Source: a virus (lineage: Duplodnaviria; Caudoviricetes). From it: 52,356 nucleotides of DNA. Position numbers and translations under genes: made by a program. The stretch spans positions 1-52,356 of the IMG/VR virus record IMGVR_UViG_3300022218_000002; one strand, written 5' to 3'. Below, piece after piece: positions 38,282 to 46,809 of the stretch (its first letter is position 1; every line of letters starts with the position of its first letter). The notes below the pieces were generated by a model. That model had not been told where the DNA came from, ran no database searches, and worked only from the letters and a program-made list of their open reading frames with translations.

Positions 38282-38645
38282 CGCCGCCTTTCTGGGATAC
38301 TATTCTTTTGGCTAGAGCCAAGAAACTATCGTTGCTTAATTCGCTATAGTTTTTCTCTGCGTAGTGTCCAATGCTACCGCCTAAGAATTGAGTAAATACG
38401 CATTTGATGTCGATGAAAAGAACAAATGGACAATTATCGAGTATTGCAGTCGGATTTGCTCCGTCGGGTAACCTAATGCCGAGAGCATCTAAGGCACCCA
38501 GAAGACGGATACAAGCGCCTTGATTTTTTATGTAAGTGTAGTGTATTCTCACCTCTTCAAGCGTAGGGAATATTTCACTTAACGTTCTATGTCCGTGTTT
38601 AAAATCGTCGGTTAATTCTTTGATAGCTTCGTATTTATCCTTCAT
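38265..38645 (-). CDS. Hypothetical protein
   Basis: ORF overlapping its neighbours in the operon. Confidence 0.5.
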   Translation of the reverse strand: MKDKYEAIKELTDDFKHGHRTLSEIFPTLEEVRIHYTYIKNQGACIRLLGALDALGIRLPDGANPTAILDNCPFVLFIDIKCVFTQFLGGSIGHYAEKNYSELSNDSFLALAKRIVSQKGGDGNGN

Positions 38646-39010
38646 GGCACTAGTCCTGGGTTTCCTGTAGGAACTCGTCTTTTCTTAGGCGGGCACCGAT
38701 CGGCCACTGTTCTGACGAATACGTTAGGGGTGACTAATTGTTCGGTATTTAACTTATCGCCGAAAGACAATTTGGAGTCGCACCAAAATGACAGGTAACA
38801 ATTACGGCAATTATTTTCCTCACAATCTAAGCATATTTCGATATTAGCTGGGGAATCCAACGATGACCACATAACACTAGTCTCCGCCTCCAACCGCTCC
38901 AGCAGCGGGCCAATGGAATCACTGTTAACGCGGGTGCAAATTTTCGGTGGGGGTTTCATGGTTACCACTCCGTCGAGCATAAGAATCCGCGCCCGTTCCA
39001 TTCGACCCAC
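38642..39010 (-). CDS. Hypothetical Cys-rich protein (start uncertain)
   Basis: CLDC...CRNC; its stop overlaps the next start. Confidence 0.4.
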   Translation of the reverse strand: MGRMERARILMLDGVVTMKPPPKICTRVNSDSIGPLLERLEAETSVMWSSLDSPANIEICLDCEENNCRNCYLSFWCDSKLSFGDKLNTEQLVTPNVFVRTVADRCPPKKRRVPTGNPGLVP

Positions 39011-39255
39011 TCTTGTAATGTTTTTGTTGTTTTCGCTGAATTATTCTCAGCCAAATAAATAGATAAGCCCTTGCATTCGTTTAGATAAAATTCTTCTGCA
39101 TATTGAAGGTACGCTTCTATCGACTCGCCAGTTTGCTCGCACATACATTTCAATGCGTCATCGGGCGAATATGCAACTACAGTATCTACTCCGTTTGTGT
39201 AGACTCTCAAGCCTATGTCAACTTTATGCCCTATTAATTTCTTACTCTCCATCAT
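38962..39255 (-). CDS. Hypothetical protein
   Basis: Preceded by the AAAGGCGGCG junction motif; C-terminal GRGFLCSTEW. Confidence 0.5.
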   Translation of the reverse strand: MMESKKLIGHKVDIGLRVYTNGVDTVVAYSPDDALKCMCEQTGESIEAYLQYAEEFYLNECKGLSIYLAENNSAKTTKTLQEWVEWNGRGFLCSTEW

Positions 39256-39448
39256 CGCCGCCTTTCTGTCGATCTACGAAGCCCGTGCAACAATCATCAC
39301 AGCTAATCGATTTTGAACATGCAGTCATCTGTTCGACATTACCATCTGAAATATTTTCGCCATCAACTAAGTGTCCTGGGCAATAGCCGCCGTCGACCAT
39401 CATGTCGATAAAAGCCTGTGCATTTTTAAGGTCGAGTACTATTTTCAT
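39242..39448 (-). CDS. Hypothetical Cys-rich protein
   Basis: AGGAGG RBS; CP...CSKSISCDDCC. Confidence 0.5.
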   Translation of the reverse strand: MKIVLDLKNAQAFIDMMVDGGYCPGHLVDGENISDGNVEQMTACSKSISCDDCCTGFVDRQKGGDDGE

Positions 39449-40000
39449 TCATCGCCGCCTCCTACAGCTTAAATCCCAATAACGTTGAGCAGTCTTACCG
39501 CGCAGGCACTTTGTCACTCTTGCGCACGCATGTTTAGGCGTATCTATCCCCGGCGCTCCATAATCCGACGCTTGTGGGCATAGCCTTTTATGGCTACCAT
39601 TTACCCAATTATTTTCAAATTGGTCAGCAGCATTAACGTAAGCATTCCACCTATTCTTATATTTGCTCCAATCGTAAGACTTTGGCCATAAAGCTGGTTT
39701 GTCGTTCGTACGGTTTAGACCGGCGATCCAATTTCGTTTACGTTTCTTTTTAGGTATCTTCCAGTAAGCGTTAAAAAGTAAAGTTTGTCTCTCTATCGTC
39801 CTGCCGCGCTTTTTAGCGTTGTCTCCGTTTATCTCCCACATAACTAAGCATTCTTGCGGATTTTTTCTAAAACCTATTTCTGCGACGCATGTTTTTGCTA
39901 GCAAAAGCGCGACATCTTTTTCGCAGCCGTAAACGACTTTGTCGGCGATGATAAGAGACACAACTATAATAAAAATTGTAATCTTAATTTCTTCCCTCAT
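39449..40000 (-). CDS. Exported or membrane-anchored basic protein, possibly a cell-wall hydrolase
   Basis: Hydrophobic N-terminus; LLLAKTCVAEIG resembles the SleB/Hydrolase_2 catalytic helix. Confidence 0.45.
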   Translation of the reverse strand: MREEIKITIFIIVVSLIIADKVVYGCEKDVALLLAKTCVAEIGFRKNPQECLVMWEINGDNAKKRGRTIERQTLLFNAYWKIPKKKRKRNWIAGLNRTNDKPALWPKSYDWSKYKNRWNAYVNAADQFENNWVNGSHKRLCPQASDYGAPGIDTPKHACARVTKCLRGKTAQRYWDLSCRRRR

Positions 40001-40031
40001 GCTTTACTTCCTTTCGGTTGAAATCTCTAGC

Positions 40032-40058
40032 GCTCGCACTATCTTGGATAGTGCGAGC
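40032..40058. other. Perfect intergenic hairpin
   Basis: GCTCGCACTATC-TTG-GATAGTGCGAGC, a 12-bp stem with no U-tract. Confidence 0.7.
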
Positions 40059-40071
40059 TAAGAGACTTAAA

Positions 40072-40389
40072 CTACTTACAATAGTCGTAACCGTTCGGGT
40101 TAACTACACATCCGTCAGGACAAACTTCATCCTCGTACGTACGCATAGGTTCTCCGTCAACGCATACGCAGCCACCCCAATGGCGTACCCATTCAAGGTC
40201 GCCGCTTTGCGATACGTAGCATTCCCACGGCAGCGAAACAGTGCACGCGTCACCTAGAGCACAGTCTGTATCTACAGTGTCTGTGTCCGTAGCTGTGTCT
40301 GACTCCGTGTCGCAGTAGTACTCATCGATGTAGTATTCTTCGCAACCAACCGCAATAAGCAGCATAATAACTAAGTAAACTATTTTCAT
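40072..40389 (-). CDS. Lipoprotein with Asp-Thr linker and Cys-rich domain
   Basis: MKIVYLVIMLLIAVGC signal peptide and lipobox; DTESDTATDTDTVDTD linker. Confidence 0.7.
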   Translation of the reverse strand: MKIVYLVIMLLIAVGCEEYYIDEYYCDTESDTATDTDTVDTDCALGDACTVSLPWECYVSQSGDLEWVRHWGGCVCVDGEPMRTYEDEVCPDGCVVNPNGYDYCK

Positions 40390-41102
40390 TTTGTCACCAG
40401 CATTTCTGTAAGACAGGTTATTTCTGTTCTAAGGTCCAAAACTTTTGTGCTTAATTCTTCAATTAAGCGATCATGAGCAGCTACTTCTTTTTCTTTTGCT
40501 AGGATAAGCGCTTTAATTTTTTCTACGTCAGAAATTTCATCGAGTGGCGTAGGCTTGACGTCTACTTCTTTGTACGTTTCTTCCTTGTAGGCTTTTTCGA
40601 AAAGAAGTCGCTCTAAATCCGTTACGTCTTCGTAAACAGTCAAGTCGAATGTATCGCTTGCTTCGAAATGCCATAAATTATCGTTGTCCCACGGATAGTT
40701 TTCAAACTGGAGTAGAGCTTCGTCCAAACAGGAACCAAAATACCAAACAACATCTCCGTACATTATCTTATTCGGTAAGATTAGTATAGCTGGTGCTCTA
40801 TAAGTGTGTTCATTCGCATTAATTGCTGGGTATTGTTTGGCAAGAGCGATACACGAATCACTTGACCAATTGTTTTTGAACGTCTCCTTTATACGTTCTA
40901 CTAACTTGCTGCTTTGTTTTTCGTTTTCCATAAGTTTCGTTTGTCCTCCGGTTATTGCGACGTCATTGCCGCACATATCTTGGTTAACTACAGCATTGTA
41001 GTTACCGAGATTAATCAACTCTAACATCATGTCCCAAGTCGCATCGACTACGTTACAACTTGGATCCAAAAAACTAAATATCTCTGATTTTTGTTTTTCC
41101 AT
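40386..41102 (-). CDS. Hypothetical protein with C-terminal coiled coil
   Basis: 238-aa ORF directly downstream of a promoter candidate. Confidence 0.6.
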   Translation of the reverse strand: MEKQKSEIFSFLDPSCNVVDATWDMMLELINLGNYNAVVNQDMCGNDVAITGGQTKLMENEKQSSKLVERIKETFKNNWSSDSCIALAKQYPAINANEHTYRAPAILILPNKIMYGDVVWYFGSCLDEALLQFENYPWDNDNLWHFEASDTFDLTVYEDVTDLERLLFEKAYKEETYKEVDVKPTPLDEISDVEKIKALILAKEKEVAAHDRLIEELSTKVLDLRTEITCLTEMLVTK

Positions 41103-41139
41103 GTCTTCTCGTTTCGTTGCGTATCGTTGCTATACTAAT

Positions 41140-41168
41140 AATGTAGACTCGATCTGATCGAAGGTCAA
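41140..41168 (-). promoter_or_regulatory. Sigma70-like promoter with a palindrome in the spacer
   Basis: Minus strand reads TTGACC-N17-TACATT; TCGATCTGATCGA palindrome at 41149-41161. Confidence 0.6.
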
Positions 41169-41198
41169 GAAAAAAGTCGACTATTCGATAAAAAAGTT

Positions 41199-42158
41199 CT
41201 AACCCCTTGTAATTACTTCGTCTAATTTTGTGCTTGGAACGTGATGAGGACCGTTTTTAATACGTCTTTTGTCTGGTAAAAGAAGTTCAATGTAGTTTTT
41301 ATCCTTGTCACAACCAACCATTTCGCACCTGTTAAGCATGTGCGGATTGTAAACATGGTCATGGCAACCAACTTTAGGATACAGCTTTATTGCGCAACGG
41401 ATACGCTGACAAGACCATTGCTTGTTTTCCACAGGGGTGGAATGTGCGCATGTTCGACAGTTAATAGCCGGTAGCTCACCGTAGTGACAGATCTTATGGA
41501 ACGCGCACCATTTACATTCGTACCAAGACGGCTTGTTACTTAAACGGAGCGGCCTTTCGTCCGAAAAAATTATGTACCTACCCCTTTCTATCAATGACGC
41601 CGCCTTTGCCGGGTCTAGCCTAACCCATTCTAAGTGTAGTTCGTCGTTGTTTTTATTGATCGCCATGTACAATGCTATTTTTAGTTCGGCCTTGTACATG
41701 TATACCTGCATTTGGTCATAGTGCCTTGGTTTGGACTTCTGCACACCTTTTTTAACCAAATCCTTAAAACTTTTTTCTCCGTGTGTTTTGAACTCGGTTA
41801 GAGCCGGTGTCAGCTTAAAGTCCGGGAAGTTTTTTCCTACTCCGTCAAGCGATCCTCCTAGATGACCTTCACAATCGCTGACACGAAACTGGTTACCGTT
41901 TTCGTCTTTGTCCCAAACAGTTACATCAGCGTCGCGAAGCCACCTCACAAAGCGTTCTTCTTCTCTGTGGCCACGGTCTAATAAGCGGCACATAGCAGCT
42001 TTGTTTTGCCGTGCTTTTGCCCACCGGAAGGTAAACCAGCTATAAGCTAGACACTCGTGGCCGATAACGGACGCGCCTAAGTGTGTCCTGAATTCAGGTT
42101 TGTTTTGCGCAATTATTTTATCATCTATAGCCTTGAGCAACTTTTTAGCACTTGGCAT
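41199..42158 (-). CDS. PD-(D/E)XK Cas4-like exonuclease
   Basis: HLGASVIGHEC, GSLDG, EFKT, QMQVYM and CKWC...C motifs. Confidence 0.85.
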   Translation of the reverse strand: MPSAKKLLKAIDDKIIAQNKPEFRTHLGASVIGHECLAYSWFTFRWAKARQNKAAMCRLLDRGHREEERFVRWLRDADVTVWDKDENGNQFRVSDCEGHLGGSLDGVGKNFPDFKLTPALTEFKTHGEKSFKDLVKKGVQKSKPRHYDQMQVYMYKAELKIALYMAINKNNDELHLEWVRLDPAKAASLIERGRYIIFSDERPLRLSNKPSWYECKWCAFHKICHYGELPAINCRTCAHSTPVENKQWSCQRIRCAIKLYPKVGCHDHVYNPHMLNRCEMVGCDKDKNYIELLLPDKRRIKNGPHHVPSTKLDEVITRG

Positions 42159-42657
42159 TGTTTAGCTTTCTATACTCTGAGAACAAGCCTAAAAAATACG
42201 TGAATGGAGCATGAATTCTCGGCGGTATCCTTGTTGTGTCATACCAACTAGGTTTAGCTAGCTGCATCATTTCGTGCATCTCAAGTTCACGAATCATTAT
42301 GTCTGCTCTTTGTACAGGTTCCGATACGCTAGTTGGCAGTCCAAAGGTATTCGCAACAACCGCGTGAACGCGTGCCTCGATTTTTTGGTAACGCGGAAGG
42401 TACTGTTTCAGCGGAGCCGGTATGTCGCATACGTAGGCTTCTGCCGCATCATGCATCAGAGCTTCAAACTTGAACTCATCCGATACAAACTGAGTTAGCC
42501 TGCATGAATGCTCTGCTACGGAATAGTGCATTCGTACGTGACCGCCGTAGCGACACGTATTAGACAAAGCGAGAGCTATGTCTTGAATGCTAATGTCTGC
42601 CGGTGTTATCTTAGCAAGGTCGAAACCTTGCGGTCTATTTATTGTTTTGTAAAGCAT
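42145..42657 (-). CDS. HD-domain phosphohydrolase (YfbR/YfdR-like deoxynucleotidase)
   Basis: DIALALSNTCRYGGH, YSVAEHS and ALMHDAAEAYVCDIPAPLK motifs; AGGAGG before ATG 42657. Confidence 0.85.
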   Translation of the reverse strand: MLYKTINRPQGFDLAKITPADISIQDIALALSNTCRYGGHVRMHYSVAEHSCRLTQFVSDEFKFEALMHDAAEAYVCDIPAPLKQYLPRYQKIEARVHAVVANTFGLPTSVSEPVQRADIMIRELEMHEMMQLAKPSWYDTTRIPPRIHAPFTYFLGLFSEYRKLNNAKC

Positions 42658-42671
42658 TATATGCCTCCTAA

Positions 42672-42719
42672 CGGCGCACACGAGGATCGAACTCGTGGAC
42701 CGGCCTATAACCGAGCGCC
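42672..42719 (-). ncRNA. tRNA-like mini-element (acceptor stem plus T-arm, no D-arm)
   Basis: Minus strand GGCGCTC-GGTTATAGGCCGGTCC-ACGAG-TTCGATC-CTCGT-GTGCGCC-G. 6 of 7 acceptor pairs form, with a perfect 5-bp T-stem and canonical T-loop; intergenic. Confidence 0.5.
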
Positions 42720-42726
42720 TGTTGTT

Positions 42727-43380
42727 TTAGAAAGTTATGTCTTCACCCATACCTTGCGCCCATGGAGGTGTTGTTCCGGTGGACTGAGTTGTCGAGCTAG
42801 GGGGTTGCTGTGTTTGCTGCTGGTACGGCTGTTGCTCATTTTGCGGTTTCTGCCGCTGTGTTTGCGGCGGCTGGTACGTTTGTTGCTGCGTTTGTGGCGG
42901 GTACTGCTGTGTTTGTGGTTGTTGCTCTGGCATCGACTGTTGTTGCTCGTGAGCGAACGCGGGAGTTGCTGATTGTTGCTGTAAACCGCCAGCTTCTTTG
43001 TAACCACGGATGTTGTTCATGGCGTCGTAGTTGCCTTCTGCCGGTTTAACTGTTAGTCGAATCGCAATTGGCTTACCATGTAGCTGCTGTGTATCTTGCA
43101 AGTCTAATACACCAACGGAGTGGCATATAGCAGAAAGTTCTTTTTGAGCAATCTCAACTGCTACGGGATTTGCATTCCAGATGTTAAGGTTCGTGAATAC
43201 CCGCCTGTTTTTGTACTGCTCATCCATTATTTGGAATTGCAATTTAATGTATCTACCGGTGTCGTCTCGTGTTGGGCGTATTTCGGATTCAACAATCATT
43301 GCGGTGTACCAGCCGACGGGAAGGGGTTCAAAGTTATCGGACGGGTCGACTTTTCTTGCGTCAAAGTTAAAAGCTGTCAT
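42727..43380 (-). CDS. Single-stranded DNA-binding protein (DUF669-like) with Gln-rich tail
   Basis: FEPLPVGWY and AVEIAQKELSAICHSVG motifs; Q/P-rich linker; acidic-aromatic end EDITF. Confidence 0.8.
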   Translation of the reverse strand: MTAFNFDARKVDPSDNFEPLPVGWYTAMIVESEIRPTRDDTGRYIKLQFQIMDEQYKNRRVFTNLNIWNANPVAVEIAQKELSAICHSVGVLDLQDTQQLHGKPIAIRLTVKPAEGNYDAMNNIRGYKEAGGLQQQSATPAFAHEQQQSMPEQQPQTQQYPPQTQQQTYQPPQTQRQKPQNEQQPYQQQTQQPPSSTTQSTGTTPPWAQGMGEDITF

Positions 43381-43404
43381 TGTTTTGTTCTCGCTTTCTA
43401 TAGG

Positions 43405-44091
43405 CTATTTAACGCCTATAGTTATTTTGCTGAAAATTTTTGTTAGGTCCGGTTCTTCCAATTCATTCAGAACACCGGAGCGATCTTTTGCTTCGTGTTG
43501 AAAATCTGGTTCTGTCCTTAGATAGCGGTACTTCCCGCCTTCTTTCGTCTCCGCGATACCCATGTGGAAAACTTCGTCAAAATAGTACGCTAGGCCGCTC
43601 CCTAATTTCGAACCTGGCATGTCTGGCTGGTAGTTAACGGTTCCAATTTTGTCGTCTTTTATTCTTGCCTCCTTTGCCGTAAAGTAGACGTTACGACCTT
43701 TTATGTCTCGAAATTGTTTAACAAGTATCAGCATCTTTTCGATAAGCTCGCCATACGCCTGACGAGCGTCCTTGACATGCGCTTTTGCGTTGTTCAAAAC
43801 AACTTCTGCGATCTCTGTTAATGAGTCGAGGCAAATAGTTTCGAACTGCATACCGCCTTTGTCGGTTGTTAGCCATAAATATGCTTCTTGCAAATCCGCG
43901 AATGTCTCGATTTCCATCACAGGTATGTCGTAATCTCTTAAGGACAACAAACCTGACTCGGCAGAGATAATAATAGGTTTGGGAGCGGTGGCGCACAAAA
44001 CAGTTTTACCTACACCTGCTTTTCCGTAGACTAGGACTTTTACACCGTTCATGCGTGCCAGCTCTTTAGCTGTCGAGAAATTAAGAGCCAT
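43405..44091 (-). CDS. AAA_24/Sak4-like recombination ATPase
   Basis: YGKAGVGKT, ISAESGLLSL, LDSLTEIAE and AKDRSG motifs. Confidence 0.85.
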   Translation of the reverse strand: MALNFSTAKELARMNGVKVLVYGKAGVGKTVLCATAPKPIIISAESGLLSLRDYDIPVMEIETFADLQEAYLWLTTDKGGMQFETICLDSLTEIAEVVLNNAKAHVKDARQAYGELIEKMLILVKQFRDIKGRNVYFTAKEARIKDDKIGTVNYQPDMPGSKLGSGLAYYFDEVFHMGIAETKEGGKYRYLRTEPDFQHEAKDRSGVLNELEEPDLTKIFSKITIGVK

Positions 44092-44311
44092 CTTTTGCTT
44101 CCTTCTCACTAGTAAAAAGCGATGCTAGTGTTCGTTGAATATCTACTTCCAGTAATTTAAAATAGCGGTTTAAGTAAACACCAGCGCGTCGTTGCGCTTT
44201 GTACAGATCGTCTTGTTCTTTAGGGATGTCGAGACCAACTATTCTGAAAGCATTGTTAACGCCCTCTTCATAACTTAGATTAGGAACGCTTTTGTTGCTA
44301 AACTTCGCCAT
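44081..44311 (-). CDS. Hypothetical protein
   Basis: AAGGAG RBS; tightly packed in the operon. Confidence 0.5.
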   Translation of the reverse strand: MAKFSNKSVPNLSYEEGVNNAFRIVGLDIPKEQDDLYKAQRRAGVYLNRYFKLLEVDIQRTLASLFTSEKEAKDGS

Positions 44312-45078
44312 CAGCTATTCTCCTTTGTAAAAACTTCTCCGCGTATAGTCGCTTCGACGTATTTCATAGCCACAGGATCGAAAACGCTTTTTGACTTCGC
44401 CCATGTCCAATACGACCGGTCCACTTTGTGGATAGGGATGTTTTTGTGCTTTCCGAAGGTCATAACAATATTACCTTCTTTCCATTTTAGTTTTCCGCTA
44501 AGGTCTACAGAGTCTGGATCCTTAGACGAATTGAAATACCCTTGCGGGTCTTTTGGTAGGTCGCCGTATTTGTGTAGTTGACCTTCGACAACTTTTATTG
44601 TCGCTAGAACGTCTGCTAGAGCGTCGTGAGCATTTTGCATGTCTTCCCCAGTGTAATACTTAAGAGCTGAGGATAGATCGCGTGGTTCGTACTTGAAGTA
44701 GACCTTGAGTGCGTCGACTATCGCTGTACTTTCCATGTCCGCTGTTATTCCGCAACGCTGGAACTCAGCGAGCAATAACGGTATGTCGAAATTTAGAATG
44801 TTGTAACCGCCTAAATCGCAGTCTCCGAGCCATAACGCAATGTCCCTCGCTACTGACCGGAATACTGGTGCGTTTGCAACAACGGCGTCGGTGATACCGT
44901 GTACGTCGCTTGCTTCTTTTGGAATCGTCCTTTCCGGGTTAACTAGGATACATCCTGTCTCTTTCTTGCCGTTTGGATGCAACTTAACGCACGCTATCTG
45001 TACTATGCGATCTTCCGCCGGGTTTGTACCTGTTGTTTCCAGGTCAAAAAATACAATCGGCCTGCTTAACTCTAGCAT
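44311..45078 (-). CDS. DEDDh 3'-5' exonuclease (DnaQ/ExoX-like)
   Basis: FDLETTG, GYNILNFD, AHDALAD and FGKHKN motifs. Confidence 0.92.
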   Translation of the reverse strand: MLELSRPIVFFDLETTGTNPAEDRIVQIACVKLHPNGKKETGCILVNPERTIPKEASDVHGITDAVVANAPVFRSVARDIALWLGDCDLGGYNILNFDIPLLLAEFQRCGITADMESTAIVDALKVYFKYEPRDLSSALKYYTGEDMQNAHDALADVLATIKVVEGQLHKYGDLPKDPQGYFNSSKDPDSVDLSGKLKWKEGNIVMTFGKHKNIPIHKVDRSYWTWAKSKSVFDPVAMKYVEATIRGEVFTKENS

Positions 45079-45413
45079 AGCTGACCTTCAAGCTTTGGTA
45101 ACGGTAGTGGTTTTGTTCTTTGTTCCTTAGCTAAAGCTTTATGAGCATCTTTTATGCATTTTGGGCAAGCTCTGAATTTTCGCTTTTTAACTTGTTTTCG
45201 AAAGTAACTTCTTTTTTCGCTTTGCGTAAGAACCGTGGATGTTCTTACAGCTACATCCATCAGCTCCTCTTCTTTAGTTAATTTGCGCTTTATTCCAGGC
45301 ATAGTCACAAGCAACATCTTAGTTATCCATTTACCGCATTTTGTGCACTGGAAGTCGTCCTTTGGCTTTATTTTCAGCCTACTCATCGCCGTCTTCCTTT
45401 TTAGGCGGTACAA
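45072..45413 (-). CDS. Basic Zn-ribbon protein (start probably at MSRLK)
   Basis: CTKC...CPKC. Confidence 0.5.
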   Translation of the reverse strand: MYRLKRKTAMSRLKIKPKDDFQCTKCGKWITKMLLVTMPGIKRKLTKEEELMDVAVRTSTVLTQSEKRSYFRKQVKKRKFRACPKCIKDAHKALAKEQRTKPLPLPKLEGQLC

Positions 45414-45939
45414 TTTTCAAACCGGGCTTCGAAGGCTCTATTGTTAGACACTGGTCAAAGTGCTCCTTTGTGTCCTCGTCTAGATCATCGTAAGCTGACT
45501 TTATTAAAGACACGGTAGTTTTTATTAGTTTCTTCTTAGCTCCGCGCGGCATGCCTTTAAGTATGACCTTCAGCTCCTTTTCGTCGACTTTACGCCTATA
45601 CTTAATTTCGGCTTTTAGCCCGTAACCGGAACCAAGCGCTAAATTGTGTGTACCTTCTTGCGCGCCAGGAAAAAGTTCTTCTACAAGCTCATCGCGTAGT
45701 TCACTTTCTATCTTTTTCGCTTCTTTAAGTTGGCTTGCTGCTTTTTGCCAGCGCATCAGCTTTTGTGTTTGTTTTTTGTTCACTTTATTTTGTCCTTTGT
45801 TTTTTGGGTTATTATACCAGTCGTATATCTCGCGAAAACCGCATATTTTACATTCAATAAAACGGCCTTCTCGTCCTACACCAAAAATTGGCGCAGACAT
45901 TTTGCACGTTGGGCAATCCGGGTATTTAACCTGGTCCAT
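45379..45939 (-). CDS. Hypothetical protein with N-terminal Zn ribbon and coiled coil
   Basis: CPTC...CKIC followed by a helical domain; located in the recombination module. Confidence 0.55.
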   Translation of the reverse strand: MDQVKYPDCPTCKMSAPIFGVGREGRFIECKICGFREIYDWYNNPKNKGQNKVNKKQTQKLMRWQKAASQLKEAKKIESELRDELVEELFPGAQEGTHNLALGSGYGLKAEIKYRRKVDEKELKVILKGMPRGAKKKLIKTTVSLIKSAYDDLDEDTKEHFDQCLTIEPSKPGLKIVPPKKEDGDE

Positions 45940-46437
45940 CTACTCTACGCTTCGTTTATAGTTAGTTGGTTTGGTTACTTTGCAACTTACGCAAGGTTCT
46001 TCGCAAGGTTTCACAACGAAGTGTTCACACTTGTAGCAGAAAACGGATAATGTCGGTACTAGACCTCGTGCTGTTTGAAGTACTTCCCAGTCGATCCACG
46101 GGTAAGTATCGCCAGGGTGCTCTTGGCTTTCGCAAACAACGCACAAATCGCCGTCCGAGTTAGTAGACATTTTTCCGGTTGAGATACGGATAACGTACAC
46201 ATGGTCGGCACTATTCCGAACACGTAAAACAGAACCTTTTGATGGTACTTCTGGTACTTCGTCCCATACGTAAATACCGTAAGAAGCACTGTTAGCTTTT
46301 GAATCGCAAACTGGTGCTACAGTTACTGTACGGGACTTATCGCAAACATGTAAAGTTACTGAACAGCCTGAAGTTATACAGCTAAAGGCTCTCTTATTTG
46401 CTTTTTTGATAGCCTGTTCCCTGGTAGTCATTTTCAT
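45940..46437 (-). CDS. Hypothetical Cys-rich protein
   Basis: First gene after the leftward promoter; AGGAG RBS. Confidence 0.55.
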   Translation of the reverse strand: MKMTTREQAIKKANKRAFSCITSGCSVTLHVCDKSRTVTVAPVCDSKANSASYGIYVWDEVPEVPSKGSVLRVRNSADHVYVIRISTGKMSTNSDGDLCVVCESQEHPGDTYPWIDWEVLQTARGLVPTLSVFCYKCEHFVVKPCEEPCVSCKVTKPTNYKRSVE

Positions 46438-46470
46438 TTTTATCTCCTATTTTAATTCAGCTTTTTAACT

Positions 46471-46543
46471 ACTATATTCCCAGCCAAAATTAATTGCAAG
46501 AAAAAAGTGTACAATAAGGGCGCCCCTATAGTATAGTGTACAC
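46471..46543. promoter_or_regulatory. Divergent promoter region
   Basis: Minus strand TTGCAA-N17-TATAGT (46499-46471). Plus strand TGTACA-N18-TATAGT (46508-46537), flanked by the inverted repeat GTGTACA/TGTACAC. This is the strand-switch point. Confidence 0.6.
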
Positions 46544-46562
46544 ATTAACTAAGGAGACAAAT

Positions 46563-46796
46563 ATGCAAATAGACACGATTATTGGACCATCAATCAATTC
46601 GCACTATACAGACAAGGACGGTAACACATTCGCGTATTGCCATGACTGCGATAAGATGATCCTGTTGATAGTGTTCGAAATACCTGCCGGTAATCTACCC
46701 GAACCAGAAACAGAGCAAGTCATAATTATCGGGAAGGCGCGGCTTGCTTGCGGGCACATAAGCCAGGCACAACTAACGCTCAGACAATCCACTTAA
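46563..46796 (+). CDS. Small Zn-ribbon protein
   Basis: AAGGAG RBS; CHDC...CGH. Confidence 0.5.
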   Translation: MQIDTIIGPSINSHYTDKDGNTFAYCHDCDKMILLIVFEIPAGNLPEPETEQVIIIGKARLACGHISQAQLTLRQST

Positions 46797-46809
46797 AAGG
46801 AGGAGACGC

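Noticed and set aside
42145-42657. DatZ of a 2-aminoadenine (Z) genome system
   Set aside because: No purZ is present; a generic HD deoxynucleotidase is the simpler call.
42660-42740. Full-length tRNA gene (including tRNA-Sec or a UGA suppressor)
   Set aside because: Only 48 nt, with no D-arm, no proper 5-bp anticodon stem and no TCA anticodon.
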